This document shows, piece by piece, positions 19,377-30,129 of a DNA stretch of 64,000 nucleotides (within the stretch, counting starts at the first letter, position 1; each line of letters opens with the position of its first letter). Below the pieces are notes generated by a model. It ran no database searches. It had not been told where the DNA came from and saw nothing but the letters and a program-made list of their open reading frames with translations. Origin of the DNA: Thermodesulfobacteriota bacterium (GTDB lineage: Bacteria; Desulfobacterota; Desulfobulbia; Desulfobulbales; SURF-16). The DNA lies in contig JBFMAY010000015.1 in NCBI GenBank assembly GCA_040755455.1, forward strand, positions 1-64,000. Direction: 5' to 3'. Position numbers and translations under genes: made by a program.

Positions 19377-20912
19377 ATGCAGAGTAAGGAAACAGCGAGG
19401 TGTGGTCTCTTTCCTTCCACCTTTTTTCGCGGCCTGGTATTTATTTCGCTTATTGCCGTGCTGATCCTGCCGCTCTATACGATTTTCATTCTTTCCCCTT
19501 CTTTTGTCGATTTTGTCATCAAATCCCAGGAAGAGCTGGCCGCGGAAGTGGCCGTGCACATGGAATCAAAGCTCATTCCGGACAAGAGCCAGCAGCTGAC
19601 CAGGGATATTCTCACCCCTGATGTCCTGAAAAGAATCACCGGCACCGCAACCGATTTTAATCTCATGAAGGTGCGCATCATGTTTCCGGACGGAGAGATA
19701 TTCTATTCAACGGAAGAGCATGAGCTTGGCCGGATCATCTCCTTTGCTGAGTTCAAGCGGACGGTGAGCTCGGGCGCGCCATACGCTCAGCTGCGCAAAA
19801 AAGGGGAGAAATCGCTGGAAGGCGCGGTGATGCCGGGCGATATTGTGGAAACCTACGTGCCCATTCTCCGGGACGGCAAGACCATCGGCGTGTTTGAAAT
19901 CTATTACGACATCAGCGCCCGGAAGGAGGCCCTGAGCAGGCTGCTGCGCATGCTCTACTTCACCCTGTTTCCCATCGCCTTTATTCTGTTTGCCGCAGTC
20001 ATCTTCAGTTGCCGCCGGGCAAACAGCAGTATTGCCCGCCGGGTGGAGGCGGAAGAGAAACTGATGGAGCAGCGGGAAGAGCTCAAGGCGAAAAACGAGG
20101 AGTTGACGGAGCTCATCATTATCTGCCGGGAACGCCAGCGCAGGCTGGAAGAGGAGCAGAAGGCCCGCCAGCAGGCCCAGGAGCAGGTGCAGCAGGAAAT
20201 GCTCAAGCGGGAAAAAATGCGCATTGACCTGCTGCGCCACATGGTGCGGTCCCAGGAGGAGGAGCGGGCGCGCATTGCCCGGGAGCTCCATGATGAGACG
20301 GCCCAGACCCTGACCGCCGCCTCGCTGAATTTCGCCACCCTGCAGAATCAGCTTGCCGCCAATCCGGAGATGGCGGGGGTGGTGGGCCGTCTGCAGGGGC
20401 TGTGCAAGCAGATGCACCAGGATCTCTATCGGCTGGTCCATGATCTGCGCCCGGCCCAGCTTGATGATCTGGGCCTGGTGCCAGCCCTGCGCTTTCTTGC
20501 CGACGAGGGGCAGAAGAGCAGCGGGCTTGCGGTCACTCTGACCATCAGCGGCAGCCAGCACAAACTTGAACCGTTCGTGGAAACCATTATCTACCGCTTC
20601 GTGCAGGAGGGGCTTACCAATGTGACCCGCCATGCCGGAACCGGCCAGGCCTCTGTTGCCCTGATTTATGAGGAGGATCAGATCGTCGCCCGGGTGGCGG
20701 ACCAGGGCAAGGGGTTTGATCCCGAGCAGCACCGGCAGGCCGGCTCCGGCTGGGGCCTGGTGGGCATCGCCGAGCGGATCCAGTCGTTGAAAGGCTCTTT
20801 CCGCATCGAATCGGCCCCGGGCAAAGGGACCCTGCTGGAAATTGCCGTTCCCCTGACCCTCGGCTCCTGTCCTTTTGACGGCATGACCGGGGAGCGGCCG
20901 GGACAAGCCTGA
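19377..20912 (+). CDS. Membrane sensor histidine kinase (HisKA_3 type)
   Basis: Two TM segments; EEERARIARELHDE, QEGLTNV.RHA, DQGKGF, G.GL.GI.ER. Confidence 0.92.
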   Translation: MQSKETARCGLFPSTFFRGLVFISLIAVLILPLYTIFILSPSFVDFVIKSQEELAAEVAVHMESKLIPDKSQQLTRDILTPDVLKRITGTATDFNLMKVRIMFPDGEIFYSTEEHELGRIISFAEFKRTVSSGAPYAQLRKKGEKSLEGAVMPGDIVETYVPILRDGKTIGVFEIYYDISARKEALSRLLRMLYFTLFPIAFILFAAVIFSCRRANSSIARRVEAEEKLMEQREELKAKNEELTELIIICRERQRRLEEEQKARQQAQEQVQQEMLKREKMRIDLLRHMVRSQEEERARIARELHDETAQTLTAASLNFATLQNQLAANPEMAGVVGRLQGLCKQMHQDLYRLVHDLRPAQLDDLGLVPALRFLADEGQKSSGLAVTLTISGSQHKLEPFVETIIYRFVQEGLTNVTRHAGTGQASVALIYEEDQIVARVADQGKGFDPEQHRQAGSGWGLVGIAERIQSLKGSFRIESAPGKGTLLEIAVPLTLGSCPFDGMTGERPGQA

Positions 20913-21133
20913 CAAGAGACGTTTGCCCCGGGCTTTGATCTGCTTGGTTGACTTGCCCTGCATGATCGCCGCGCCTGGAACGGGCACAAGGCCCCGGCCT
21001 TCTTTTCCGCAAATATCACTGTTGTCTCATTGCCTCTGTCCGGCTATACTTTGACGAGCCGGTTCCGGTTGCCGGCCGGGCAGTGAATGACCATCCCGAT
21101 CATCCAAATTCTGTTAAACGTGTCGCGCGGTGC

Positions 21134-24100
21134 ATGAAAACTCTTCTCGCCAAAAAACATCTTTTTGCTCTGCTGGCCGGGCTGCTGGCCTTGGTCCTGT
21201 TGTTTAGCACGCTTCCTTACCTGGGCAGGACAGTGCTGGCCCAGGTAAGTGGCCGGCTGGGCATGGAGATTGAAATCGGGGAGATCGGCGGCAATATTTT
21301 CAACCATCTCACCGTGGCCAGCATAAAGGGGGTGCGCACGGACAAGGCGCAGCCGGTGTCCGGGTTCACCGCGGCCGATGTGCGCCTTGATTATTCCCTG
21401 GCGAGTCTCTTCGGCGGGGTTGATGCCTTTCTGGCCCGGCTGCGGATCGAAGCGAGCCGGGCCAAGATGGTCCTTGACCTGGCTGGCGGGCAGGATAGCC
21501 GGCCCGCGGCGGAAAACGGCCGGGGAGTTGTGCCGCCTGCGGTGTTGCCGGCCCTTGCCGTAGGCGGTATTGAGCTGGCCGTCCACGCAACGGATTATGA
21601 CCTCGCCATTGCCGATACCTCTCTGCGGGTTGAGCCGGCCGCCGCGGGCCGGTCCGGGCAGCCGGTGCAAGTGGACATGCCGGTGCTGCGGCTCCATGTG
21701 GACGGCCGGGAAAAACTGGCGACCTCCTGCCGGCTCAGGCTGCTTTATGGCGCCGGGCAGATCCGCATTGAAGAGATGACCATGGCGGACAAAATCGTCT
21801 CCCTGCAAGGGCTGCTGGTCCGGGACCAGGCCGGCCGGCCGGCGAGCTTTACCCTGCAGGCCGAGGTCAGCGGCGGGCGGCTGCAGGGGGCCGGCACTTT
21901 TGCGGCGGCCGGGCAGACGAACCTGGGCCTGCAATTGACAAACATCGATATCGCCGAGCTTGCCCGCCTGCTGCATTGGGAGGATTTCGCCGTGGCAGGC
22001 AGGCTTTCCGGCAGTATCAGCTGGCAGTTTGCTGCCGGGCAAAGCGGCTCCCAGATCGCTGACATCAGCCTTGGGCTGGCCCAGGGCCGGCTGTTCGGAG
22101 AAAAAACAGAGGCCTCTTTCCAGGGCGGCATTAACCACGACAAGGTTATAGTCAAGGAATTTGCGGCAACCCATGGACAAAACAGGGTGGCCATGACTGG
22201 GGCAACCGCGCCGCTCACCGTCTTCACCGATTGGGACCCGGCCCGGCTGGCCGGCCTGGAGAGCAAGTCCATCAAGCTCCAGCTGCGCAACATCCCGGCC
22301 TTTATGGCCGTCTTTGGCATGGCCGCGCCCCTGCAGGCTTTTCCCGATCACCTGCTTGAGGCCCGGGGCAGCATGGCGGACCGGGTGCTCACCATCGACC
22401 AGGCGGATCTCAAAACAGGCAGCAATTCCGCGGGGCTGACCGCGGCGCGCCTGCGCTTCACCCCTGCCGGGCAATCCATGCTTGATTCCCCTGTGGCCGG
22501 CGCCCTGCAGCTGGACATCAGCGACCTGCGGGAACTGTCGTCGCTCTTTGCCTTGCCGGTGATGGCGGGGCAGCTGCGGGGGGATGCCGTTATCAGCGGC
22601 ACGCTGCGCAGTCCTGCCGGGGCCATCACCCTTGCGGGGGAAAGGCTGGCCTATGGGAACAGCGCTCTGGGGGAGGTGAAAGTCGAGGCCCGGGCGGACA
22701 GCAGGCAGCTGCACATTGCCTCCCTGAGGCTGGGCAATGGTGCCGACACCCTGGAGGCCGCCGGCAGTTATTCTTTCCAGACTGGCCGCTCTGAGGATAT
22801 CACCGGCAGGGTCCTGGTGGAGGATGTCGGCCGTTACGCCGGCTTGTGGGCCATGGAGGGCAAAGCCAGCGGCCGCTTGGAGGCCGCCCTCACGCCCACG
22901 GAGGCAGGAGAACTGCGGCTGGATATGACGATGGGCGGGGCGGCCTTTGCCGGTCTGCATGATGCGGCGCTGCGCGGGGTGATGACCACCGACTGGCGCA
23001 GCTACCGCATCACGGATGCCGAACTCAAAACCGGGAAGGGTTCGCTGCGTTTTTCCGCGCACATTACCCCGCAGCCGGCGGACAAGCTGGTGCGGGCCGA
23101 ACTTGGCGCTTTGACGGTTGCAGGCCAAGGCGACGAATTTACTCTGGAGCGGCCGGCCCAACTCGTTTTGTCTTACGGAGAGAAGGGGACGAGCCTTGAG
23201 CTGGGCGAGATGCTGCTCAGGAGCGCGGCAGGGGATATCAGCCTGCGGGGTTCTCTGGCCATGCAGGCGGAGAGCTGGCTGCAGGTGCAGGCGCAAAGAC
23301 TGACCGGCCGGGGCTGGCTTGATGGCTTGACCGGCGGCGGGTATCAGTTCAGCGGCGCGGATGTGCTGTTCTCCCTGCAGGGGCCCCTTGCCGTGCCGCG
23401 GGCCTCCCTGACCGCCCGTATTGCCGAAATCAACTGCCCGCAGTTGACCGTGCCCCTGTCAGGGGATATTGCCGTTGATTATGACGGCGCTGCAGGTCTC
23501 ACCATCCGCCGGTTTCTGCTAACGACTGACCAGGGACAGCAGATTTCCCTGGCCGGCCTGCTCCCTTATGACCCCCTGGCGGACAATCCGTTTCTGCCGG
23601 CCGCCCTGGACCTCAGGGGAAAAGCCGTGCTGCCCGGCCTGCGGGGAATTGCCGACAACACGGCGGTCAACGCCGTGCAGGAGGGACAGTTTTCCGGCGA
23701 CTTGCAACTGACGGGTTCCTGGGAGCAGCCGACCGGCGCGCTGCATTTCACGGGCAGCAATCTTTACCTGCACCGTTTCCTCAACAATGCCCCCAGGGAG
23801 CCTTTGACCGTGGCCGGCCATATCGCTATTCTGCCGGGCGCCCTTCAGCTGCGGCAGCTGACCGTGCAGGGCTCTCCCTTATCCTTCAGCATGGACGGCA
23901 CCTGGTCTGATATCCCGACCCTGGCCGGGCTCATCCGTCAGCCGCCGGAAGGACTGCCCGGCACGGTGGCCTTTGACGGCCGGCTGGAAATGACCGAGGT
24001 CGGCTGGCTGGCGGCCTACGCTGGAGGATTGCGCCGGCTGACCGGACATCTGGCGGCGACCATGAGCGCCCGCGGGCCGGCCGCCCGGCCGCAGTTTTCC

Positions 24101-25219
24101 GGCGCCACCACCCTCACCGGCGGCGGCGTTCGTCTGGAAAACGCCAACCTGCCCGCCATCGAGCAGCTCGAGCTGCAGGCCGGTCTTGACCAGAATGTCG
24201 TCAACCTGCACAGGCTCTCCGGAGTGTTCGGCGGCGCCCCTTTTCAGGCCAGCGGCAGCGTAGCGCTTACCGGCCCGGATGCCCCGGTGGTTGACTGCCG
24301 GCTGCAGGGGAAGAATCTTCTTTTTTATCGTGATGCGTCGATGAAGATCCGCGCCGATGCGGATCTGACCGTCAAAGGACCATGGCGCCGGCTCGAACTG
24401 GGGGGCAAGGTCGTGATCGTTGACGGGCGGTATATGAAAAACGTCGATTTCCTGACCATGTTCCGGGGCTCGGCCAGACCGAAAAGCGATCTCGGCATGC
24501 AGCTCTTTTCCCTCACCGAAACTCCCTGGCGTGACATGGCTTTTGATGTGCTGATCACCTCTGACACGCCATTGACGATTTATAACAATATGGCCAGGGG
24601 CGGGGTGCGGCCGAACCTGCACCTGACCGGCACCGGCGAAATTCCCGTGCTGGCCGGCCGGATTTTTGTCGACCAGACCAGAATCAGTGTGCCGGCCGGC
24701 AAGATTGTCATCGAATCCGGCGTGGTCAGCTTTCCGGAAAATGATCCGGACCGGCCCACCTTTGACCTCAGCGGTAAATCCAGGCTGGCCGGCTATGATA
24801 TCACCCTGATTTTTCAGGGGACTTCTGACGAACCGGTCATCACCCTGACCTCCGATCCGCCCCTGGCCGAGGATGAACTGCTGCTGCTCGTCCTCACCGG
24901 CAGTCCGCCCCAGTTATCCCAGGAAAAGGAAAAGGAAAAGCGGGCCATGGCCAACATGAATACCGCGGTTTATCTCGGCCGGGGCTTGCTGAGCAGATGG
25001 TTCGTGGGAGAATCCATTGAAAGCGAGGAATCGATGCTGGACCGGTTTGAGTTTGACTTCGGCCGGCAGCTCAGCAAAAGCGGCGAGGAGACGGTTGAGG
25101 CGCAATTCCGCCTGATTGAAGGGTTGTTTCTGCCGGGTGACCGTCTTTTCCTTACCAGTGAAAAGGATATTTATGATAACTTCAATGTCGGCGTTAAGGT
25201 CGTCTTCCGGTTTAAATAA
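21134..25219 (+). CDS. tamB: Translocation and assembly module TamB-family protein
   Basis: N-terminal TM anchor, long beta-rich body, DUF490-like C-terminus (L.SDPPLAEDELL); adjacent to an Omp85 gene. Confidence 0.8.
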   Translation: MKTLLAKKHLFALLAGLLALVLLFSTLPYLGRTVLAQVSGRLGMEIEIGEIGGNIFNHLTVASIKGVRTDKAQPVSGFTAADVRLDYSLASLFGGVDAFLARLRIEASRAKMVLDLAGGQDSRPAAENGRGVVPPAVLPALAVGGIELAVHATDYDLAIADTSLRVEPAAAGRSGQPVQVDMPVLRLHVDGREKLATSCRLRLLYGAGQIRIEEMTMADKIVSLQGLLVRDQAGRPASFTLQAEVSGGRLQGAGTFAAAGQTNLGLQLTNIDIAELARLLHWEDFAVAGRLSGSISWQFAAGQSGSQIADISLGLAQGRLFGEKTEASFQGGINHDKVIVKEFAATHGQNRVAMTGATAPLTVFTDWDPARLAGLESKSIKLQLRNIPAFMAVFGMAAPLQAFPDHLLEARGSMADRVLTIDQADLKTGSNSAGLTAARLRFTPAGQSMLDSPVAGALQLDISDLRELSSLFALPVMAGQLRGDAVISGTLRSPAGAITLAGERLAYGNSALGEVKVEARADSRQLHIASLRLGNGADTLEAAGSYSFQTGRSEDITGRVLVEDVGRYAGLWAMEGKASGRLEAALTPTEAGELRLDMTMGGAAFAGLHDAALRGVMTTDWRSYRITDAELKTGKGSLRFSAHITPQPADKLVRAELGALTVAGQGDEFTLERPAQLVLSYGEKGTSLELGEMLLRSAAGDISLRGSLAMQAESWLQVQAQRLTGRGWLDGLTGGGYQFSGADVLFSLQGPLAVPRASLTARIAEINCPQLTVPLSGDIAVDYDGAAGLTIRRFLLTTDQGQQISLAGLLPYDPLADNPFLPAALDLRGKAVLPGLRGIADNTAVNAVQEGQFSGDLQLTGSWEQPTGALHFTGSNLYLHRFLNNAPREPLTVAGHIAILPGALQLRQLTVQGSPLSFSMDGTWSDIPTLAGLIRQPPEGLPGTVAFDGRLEMTEVGWLAAYAGGLRRLTGHLAATMSARGPAARPQFSGATTLTGGGVRLENANLPAIEQLELQAGLDQNVVNLHRLSGVFGGAPFQASGSVALTGPDAPVVDCRLQGKNLLFYRDASMKIRADADLTVKGPWRRLELGGKVVIVDGRYMKNVDFLTMFRGSARPKSDLGMQLFSLTETPWRDMAFDVLITSDTPLTIYNNMARGGVRPNLHLTGTGEIPVLAGRIFVDQTRISVPAGKIVIESGVVSFPENDPDRPTFDLSGKSRLAGYDITLIFQGTSDEPVITLTSDPPLAEDELLLLVLTGSPPQLSQEKEKEKRAMANMNTAVYLGRGLLSRWFVGESIESEESMLDRFEFDFGRQLSKSGEETVEAQFRLIEGLFLPGDRLFLTSEKDIYDNFNVGVKVVFRFK

Positions 25220-25230
25220 GGTATGATCCC

Positions 25231-27381
25231 ATGAAGCACGTATCGCCGCGCGACACGATAGTGACCCTCTTTGCTCTGCTGCTGTTGCTGTTTAATCCCC
25301 TGTTGGCCGGGGCCGGAGACAACGCTGCAGAAGCGGCTGCCGGGGCAGCGGGGGGAAATGGTGATTTTCCCGTGGTTTTCCAGGGCAATGACCACCTGAC
25401 CGAGGATGATCTGCGGGCAGCGGCGGCTGAAGAGCTGGCCGGTTTTGCCGGGTCGGACTTTCCCGAGGCAAAGGCTGATGATGCGGCGTTCATGATCGAA
25501 ACCGCCTATAAGCAGGCTGGCTATGCCTTTGTCAAGGTGGCGTATCACCTGGCGCCGGCAAAGGATGGCATGCAGCTCGGGTTCACGATTACCGAAGGCC
25601 CCCAGGTGGTGGTGAGCGGTATTGTCATCAGCGGCAACAGCACCTTTACCACCAAGGAGCTGCTCGCTTTTTTCGAGGAAAAAGACAGCGGCCTGCCGGG
25701 GCTGGGCCGCCTTGTCTTTGTCGAAGGGGCAATCCGGGATGCCGTCGCCGCCATCCGGGATCACTATACCGGTGAAGGCTTTCTGCAGGTGAAAATCGAT
25801 GCGCCGGTATTTGCCTTCAGCGCGGACCGCAGCGGGGTTGAGGTGCGGCTCGCCGTGCATGAGGGACAGCGCATTACGGTCGGTGCCATCCATTTCCAGG
25901 GGGACATCCTGGCGGATGCCGGCGCGGAGCTGGATAAGCTTGCCGCCGACTTGACCGGCAAGCCATTTCTCGGCCGGCGCAAACTGATGCTGCGCAGCGG
26001 GGTGCAGGAAATCTACGGCAACCTGGGATACCCGGATGTGCAGGTGGAAATTGCCGAGAACCGGGCTGATTCCTCCTCGCAGGTGGGTCTCACCTGCGCC
26101 ATCAGGAGCGGGCCGCAGGTGGTCATTACCGGCATAGAGGTTGCCGGCAACACCCGGACCGAAAGCGAATTCATCCTGAGCCGGTTGGCCCTCCGGCAGG
26201 GTGATACCTTCAACAGCCGTAAAAAACGGGAAAGCTTCCAGCGCCTGTATCAGACCGGTTTGTTCAGCAGGGTCAACCTTGATCTGGCGGCAGGGGCCAA
26301 TGCCAATGAGCGGGTGCTGAACGTGCAAGTTGAAGAAACCATGGCCAGGGAGATCTTTTTCCAGGGCGGCTGGGGCTCCTATGAGCTGCTGCGGGGCAGC
26401 GCCGGGTTTCTGGACAAGAATATCCTCGGCAGCGGCCGGGTGTTCCGCGCCGAGGTTGGCGGCTCCTTCAAGAGCGCCAATGTCGAGGCGGCGGTGCGGG
26501 ACCCGTGGATCTTCGGCACCGGCATCAGCGCCGATCTCCCCGTGTTTTACCGTTACCTGGAAGAACCGTCCTTTACCAGCGAGGAACTCGGCATGTCCGT
26601 GCTTTTTACCAAGGACCTGCGCAAGGACCTGTCCGTCTCCCTGGCCTACCTGTACAGCAGCAACAAGATCACGGATATTGTCGAAACCGATGATGTCGAG
26701 CCGGAGAGCGATTATACCACCGCCAGTCTCAAGCTGCAGACCACGCTGGATACCAGAAACGACATCTTTTTCCCAAGCCGGGGCAGGAAAATTCTTGCCG
26801 CGGCGGAGATTGCCGAACCCGCCCTGGGCAGCGGCCTGTCCTTTTACCGTTTCAATTTCGGGGTTAGGGAGTTTTACCCGCTCGGCAAAAAAAATACCCT
26901 GGCGCTGCGCTATGCCACCGGGGTCATTTTCCCGGGCCGGGACCAGATCATCATCCCCATCGGCGAGCGGTTCTTTAACGGCGGCGAAAACACGGTGCGG
27001 AGTTTCAGCGAGTCCGAGCTCGGCCCCAAGAATGAGGATGGCGATCCCCTGGGCGGCATGGCCTTTAATGTGTTCACCGTGGAGCTGCGCCGCCTGCTGA
27101 CCGACCGCCTGGCCGCCTCCCTGTTCATGGATTACGGCAATGTTTCGCCGAATCTGTCACCTGAAGAGGACAGCGACGGGCCGTTCACCGGCCGCCAGGA
27201 GGTGATCGACAGCACCTTGCGTGATTATTTCAGTGATTTCCGGCCGGGGCTGGGCGCGGGTGTGCAGTATCTCCTGCCGGTGGGCCCGGCCCGGCTCGAT
27301 TTTGCCTGGAATCCCGATCAGGACACGGACAGAGACGAGGACAGCTTCACCGTGCACTTCAGCATCGGCATGGCCTTTTAG
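25231..27381 (+). CDS. Omp85 family outer-membrane protein (TamA/BamA-like)
   Basis: POTRA repeats (GN..., GY), ERFFNGGENTVRSF, PVGPARLDFA, C-terminal FSIGMAF. Confidence 0.88.
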   Translation: MKHVSPRDTIVTLFALLLLLFNPLLAGAGDNAAEAAAGAAGGNGDFPVVFQGNDHLTEDDLRAAAAEELAGFAGSDFPEAKADDAAFMIETAYKQAGYAFVKVAYHLAPAKDGMQLGFTITEGPQVVVSGIVISGNSTFTTKELLAFFEEKDSGLPGLGRLVFVEGAIRDAVAAIRDHYTGEGFLQVKIDAPVFAFSADRSGVEVRLAVHEGQRITVGAIHFQGDILADAGAELDKLAADLTGKPFLGRRKLMLRSGVQEIYGNLGYPDVQVEIAENRADSSSQVGLTCAIRSGPQVVITGIEVAGNTRTESEFILSRLALRQGDTFNSRKKRESFQRLYQTGLFSRVNLDLAAGANANERVLNVQVEETMAREIFFQGGWGSYELLRGSAGFLDKNILGSGRVFRAEVGGSFKSANVEAAVRDPWIFGTGISADLPVFYRYLEEPSFTSEELGMSVLFTKDLRKDLSVSLAYLYSSNKITDIVETDDVEPESDYTTASLKLQTTLDTRNDIFFPSRGRKILAAAEIAEPALGSGLSFYRFNFGVREFYPLGKKNTLALRYATGVIFPGRDQIIIPIGERFFNGGENTVRSFSESELGPKNEDGDPLGGMAFNVFTVELRRLLTDRLAASLFMDYGNVSPNLSPEEDSDGPFTGRQEVIDSTLRDYFSDFRPGLGAGVQYLLPVGPARLDFAWNPDQDTDRDEDSFTVHFSIGMAF

Positions 27382-27455
27382 GGGCCGTTACCCCATAACC
27401 CGTGATTTCATCTTCCGCCAACCGACCCATGGAGTTTTTTTTCAGGAGAAGCGTT

Positions 27456-29012
27456 ATGAAACATAAGATTGCCCTCTTCGTGCTGGTCATTGCCATGCTG
27501 TTTCCCCCATTGGCCATGGGCGGCTCGGATCTTCCGCAAAACGAAAAAACCACTGGCCGGTTCTTTACATCCATCCACGACAGTCCTGCCCTGCTCAGAG
27601 GCTTCCTGGGCAGGATGCCCAAGGGCGCTGACCTGCACACCCACCTCTCGGGCGCGGTGTACGCTGAGGACTTCCTGCAATGGGCCGTGGAAGACGGCCG
27701 CTGCCTTGACACGGCGTCCTTTACTATCGTCAGGGCAAGCGGGCAAACCGGCAGCAGCCAGCCCCTGTGTCCGCCGGGGACGGTTGCCGCCACGGAGCTG
27801 GAGAAGGATAACGCCCTGTACGCGGCGGCGGTGAACGCCCTGTCCACCCGCAACCTGGAAACCACCACCCACATGTGGGGGCACGACCAGTTTTTCAGCA
27901 CCTTCGGCAGGTTCGGCGCGGCAAAAGAGGGCAGGGAGGCTGACATGCTTGCCTCGGTGCTGCGGCGCGCCGCAGGCCAGGGCATTCTCTACGTTGAGGT
28001 GATGGATTCCCTCTATCCGCAAAACCTCAAAACCATTGCGGAAAAAGTCGGCTGGCCCGGCGACGCCGCAGCCGCCCTGGCGGCCCTGCGCCAGGAGGGG
28101 CTTTTCGACGGCATTGGGCAATCCGGCGCGGCCCGCAGTGAGACCCTGGCCAGGATGCGCGCATTGCTCGGCTCCGGCCCCGGCGGCAACACGGCGGTGC
28201 GCTTCATCCAGCAGGTAACCCGCACTGCGGCTCCGGCCCAGGTGTTCGCCCAGCTTGCCTACAGCTTTGAACTGGTGCGGCAGGACCCCAATGTGGTTGC
28301 CGTCAATCTGGTCGCCCCGGAAGACCACCCGGTCGCCCTGCGGGACTATTCCCTGCAGATGGCGATGATCGACGCCCTCAGCGCCATGCCGGAGTATGCA
28401 GACACCCCCATCACCCTGCATGCGGGGGAACTGAGTCTGGGGCTGGTGCCGCCGCGCCATCTGCGCTTCCACATCCGCGAGGCCGTGGAAAAAGGCCACG
28501 CCCGCCGCATCGGCCATGGGGTGGATATCATGTACGAGGAAAATCCCTTTGCTCTGCTCCGCGCCATGCGGGATAAAAAGATAGCCGTGGAAATCTGTCT
28601 CTCCAGCAATGACCGGATTCTTCATGTTGCCGGCCCGGAGCATCCGTTCCCGGTATACCGCCGGTACGGGGTGCCTGTTGTGCTCAACACGGATGACGAG
28701 GGCGTTGCCCGCATTGATCTGACCAACGAGTACGTCCGCGCCACCCGCACCTACAATCTGGGATATGAAGATGTCAAGGCCCTGTCGCGCAACAGCCTTG
28801 AATACAGCTTTCTGCCCGGCAGGAGCCTGTGGGCCAACCCGGCCACCTTTGCCATGGACAGCGCCTGCAAGGACTCCCGCGCAGGGCAGCGCGAAACGCC
28901 GCAATGCGGCAAACTGTTGGATGAAAGCGAAAAGGCCCGGCTGCAATGGGCGCTGGAAATGGCCTTCATTGCCTTTGAGCGGGAGGTTGGGCAGACAATG
29001 GCCAACCGTTGA
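27456..29012 (+). CDS. Adenosine deaminase family protein with a predicted signal peptide
   Basis: MPKGADLHTHLSG, LHAGE, RIGHG, EICLSSN, NTDDEG. Confidence 0.88.
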   Translation: MKHKIALFVLVIAMLFPPLAMGGSDLPQNEKTTGRFFTSIHDSPALLRGFLGRMPKGADLHTHLSGAVYAEDFLQWAVEDGRCLDTASFTIVRASGQTGSSQPLCPPGTVAATELEKDNALYAAAVNALSTRNLETTTHMWGHDQFFSTFGRFGAAKEGREADMLASVLRRAAGQGILYVEVMDSLYPQNLKTIAEKVGWPGDAAAALAALRQEGLFDGIGQSGAARSETLARMRALLGSGPGGNTAVRFIQQVTRTAAPAQVFAQLAYSFELVRQDPNVVAVNLVAPEDHPVALRDYSLQMAMIDALSAMPEYADTPITLHAGELSLGLVPPRHLRFHIREAVEKGHARRIGHGVDIMYEENPFALLRAMRDKKIAVEICLSSNDRILHVAGPEHPFPVYRRYGVPVVLNTDDEGVARIDLTNEYVRATRTYNLGYEDVKALSRNSLEYSFLPGRSLWANPATFAMDSACKDSRAGQRETPQCGKLLDESEKARLQWALEMAFIAFEREVGQTMANR

Positions 29013-29202
29013 TTCTGTAGTGAGGACACCAGGCGTTATCAGTTCGAAAACGGCCATGGCTTTGCAAAATGAGATGGGCTCTCTATAAAGCTTGGCGTCA
29101 GGTTTTCCTGTTGCTAAGATAGGGAGCCAACAAGCACTTTCCTGGTGGGCGAACCGCTTATGGCGCGGTCGCCTTCCCAAACTTTTTTTTAGGAGATAAC
29201 CG

Positions 29203-29697
29203 ATGAAAAGATTTTACCTGTGTCTGGGCGTTTTACTGCTCCTCTTGAACGGCTGCGGCAATTCCGTGGAGGAAAAGGCCATTGAAAAAAAGATTGAGAA
29301 GGAAACCGGCGCCAAGACGGATGTGGATCTTTCCGACAAAGGCATGAAGATAACCGGGGCATCGGAGGGGGAAAAATACTCCGTCACCACCGGTGATGCC
29401 ACGGAGATCCCGAAAGACTTTCCTGCCGATGTGCCCCTGTACCAGCCCTCCAAGGCCGTGGGCGCGGTAACGGTCACCGGCGGGTATTCCGTTTCGTTGA
29501 CCACCGGCGACGATGCGGCCAAGGTCGCGGCAAGCTACAAGGAGCAGATGACCTCCCAGGGCTGGTCCGAACAGGCATCCATGAACGTGGGGGGACAGAC
29601 CGTGCTCGTCTATGAAAAAGAGGGGCGGGCCACCAATATTGCCGTCATGCCGGCTGACGGCCAGACAAGCATAACCGTGACCGTGGCAACGGAGTAG
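29203..29697 (+). CDS. Hypothetical lipoprotein
   Basis: RBS AGGAG; lipobox LNGC; IPKDFPADVP motif. Confidence 0.75.
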   Translation: MKRFYLCLGVLLLLLNGCGNSVEEKAIEKKIEKETGAKTDVDLSDKGMKITGASEGEKYSVTTGDATEIPKDFPADVPLYQPSKAVGAVTVTGGYSVSLTTGDDAAKVAASYKEQMTSQGWSEQASMNVGGQTVLVYEKEGRATNIAVMPADGQTSITVTVATE

Positions 29698-29787
29698 TTC
29701 CTTTCCGGCAGTTGCGCGAGCCACTGCCGTCTGATAAGCGCCGGCCTGGCATCAGCCGTGGCAGGCCGGCGCAAGGATGGATTTCGC

Positions 29788-29982
29788 ATGGCGCAACTCG
29801 GCGAAAAAGAAAAAACCCGCAGGATTATAGGAGCGGTTCTGCTCAGCATCGGCGCTCTCTGCACGATCTGGGGAGACAAGACCGATCATTTGGCTGTCCT
29901 CAGGTTTGGCAAAACCACCGCCGTTGCCGGCATTGTTCTTTATTTCCTGGGCAGAATAGGGAAGCTGCTGCGCAAGGGTTAG
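29788..29982 (+). CDS. Small two-TM membrane protein
   Basis: RBS-like AAGGA; two hydrophobic helices. Confidence 0.5.
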   Translation: MAQLGEKEKTRRIIGAVLLSIGALCTIWGDKTDHLAVLRFGKTTAVAGIVLYFLGRIGKLLRKG

Positions 29983-30129
29983 CTGATGCCTGGGCGGACC
30001 TGGGCGTTGCGGACTGCATGCGGTGTGGACCCTGCCGCCAGGGGACGCGGTGGCGGCTTTTATGATTTCTGATTGCATGAATTGTATCTCTGATTGACAA
30101 TTTATGCAAGACCCGCTACCATTGATTCC

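Noticed and set aside
21044..23296. Long antisense ORFs (e.g. 750 aa here; also 2469-4097, 4804-6612, 27408-29180, 50950-52587)
   Set aside because: Shadow frames of GC-rich genes on the opposite strand; no recognisable motifs
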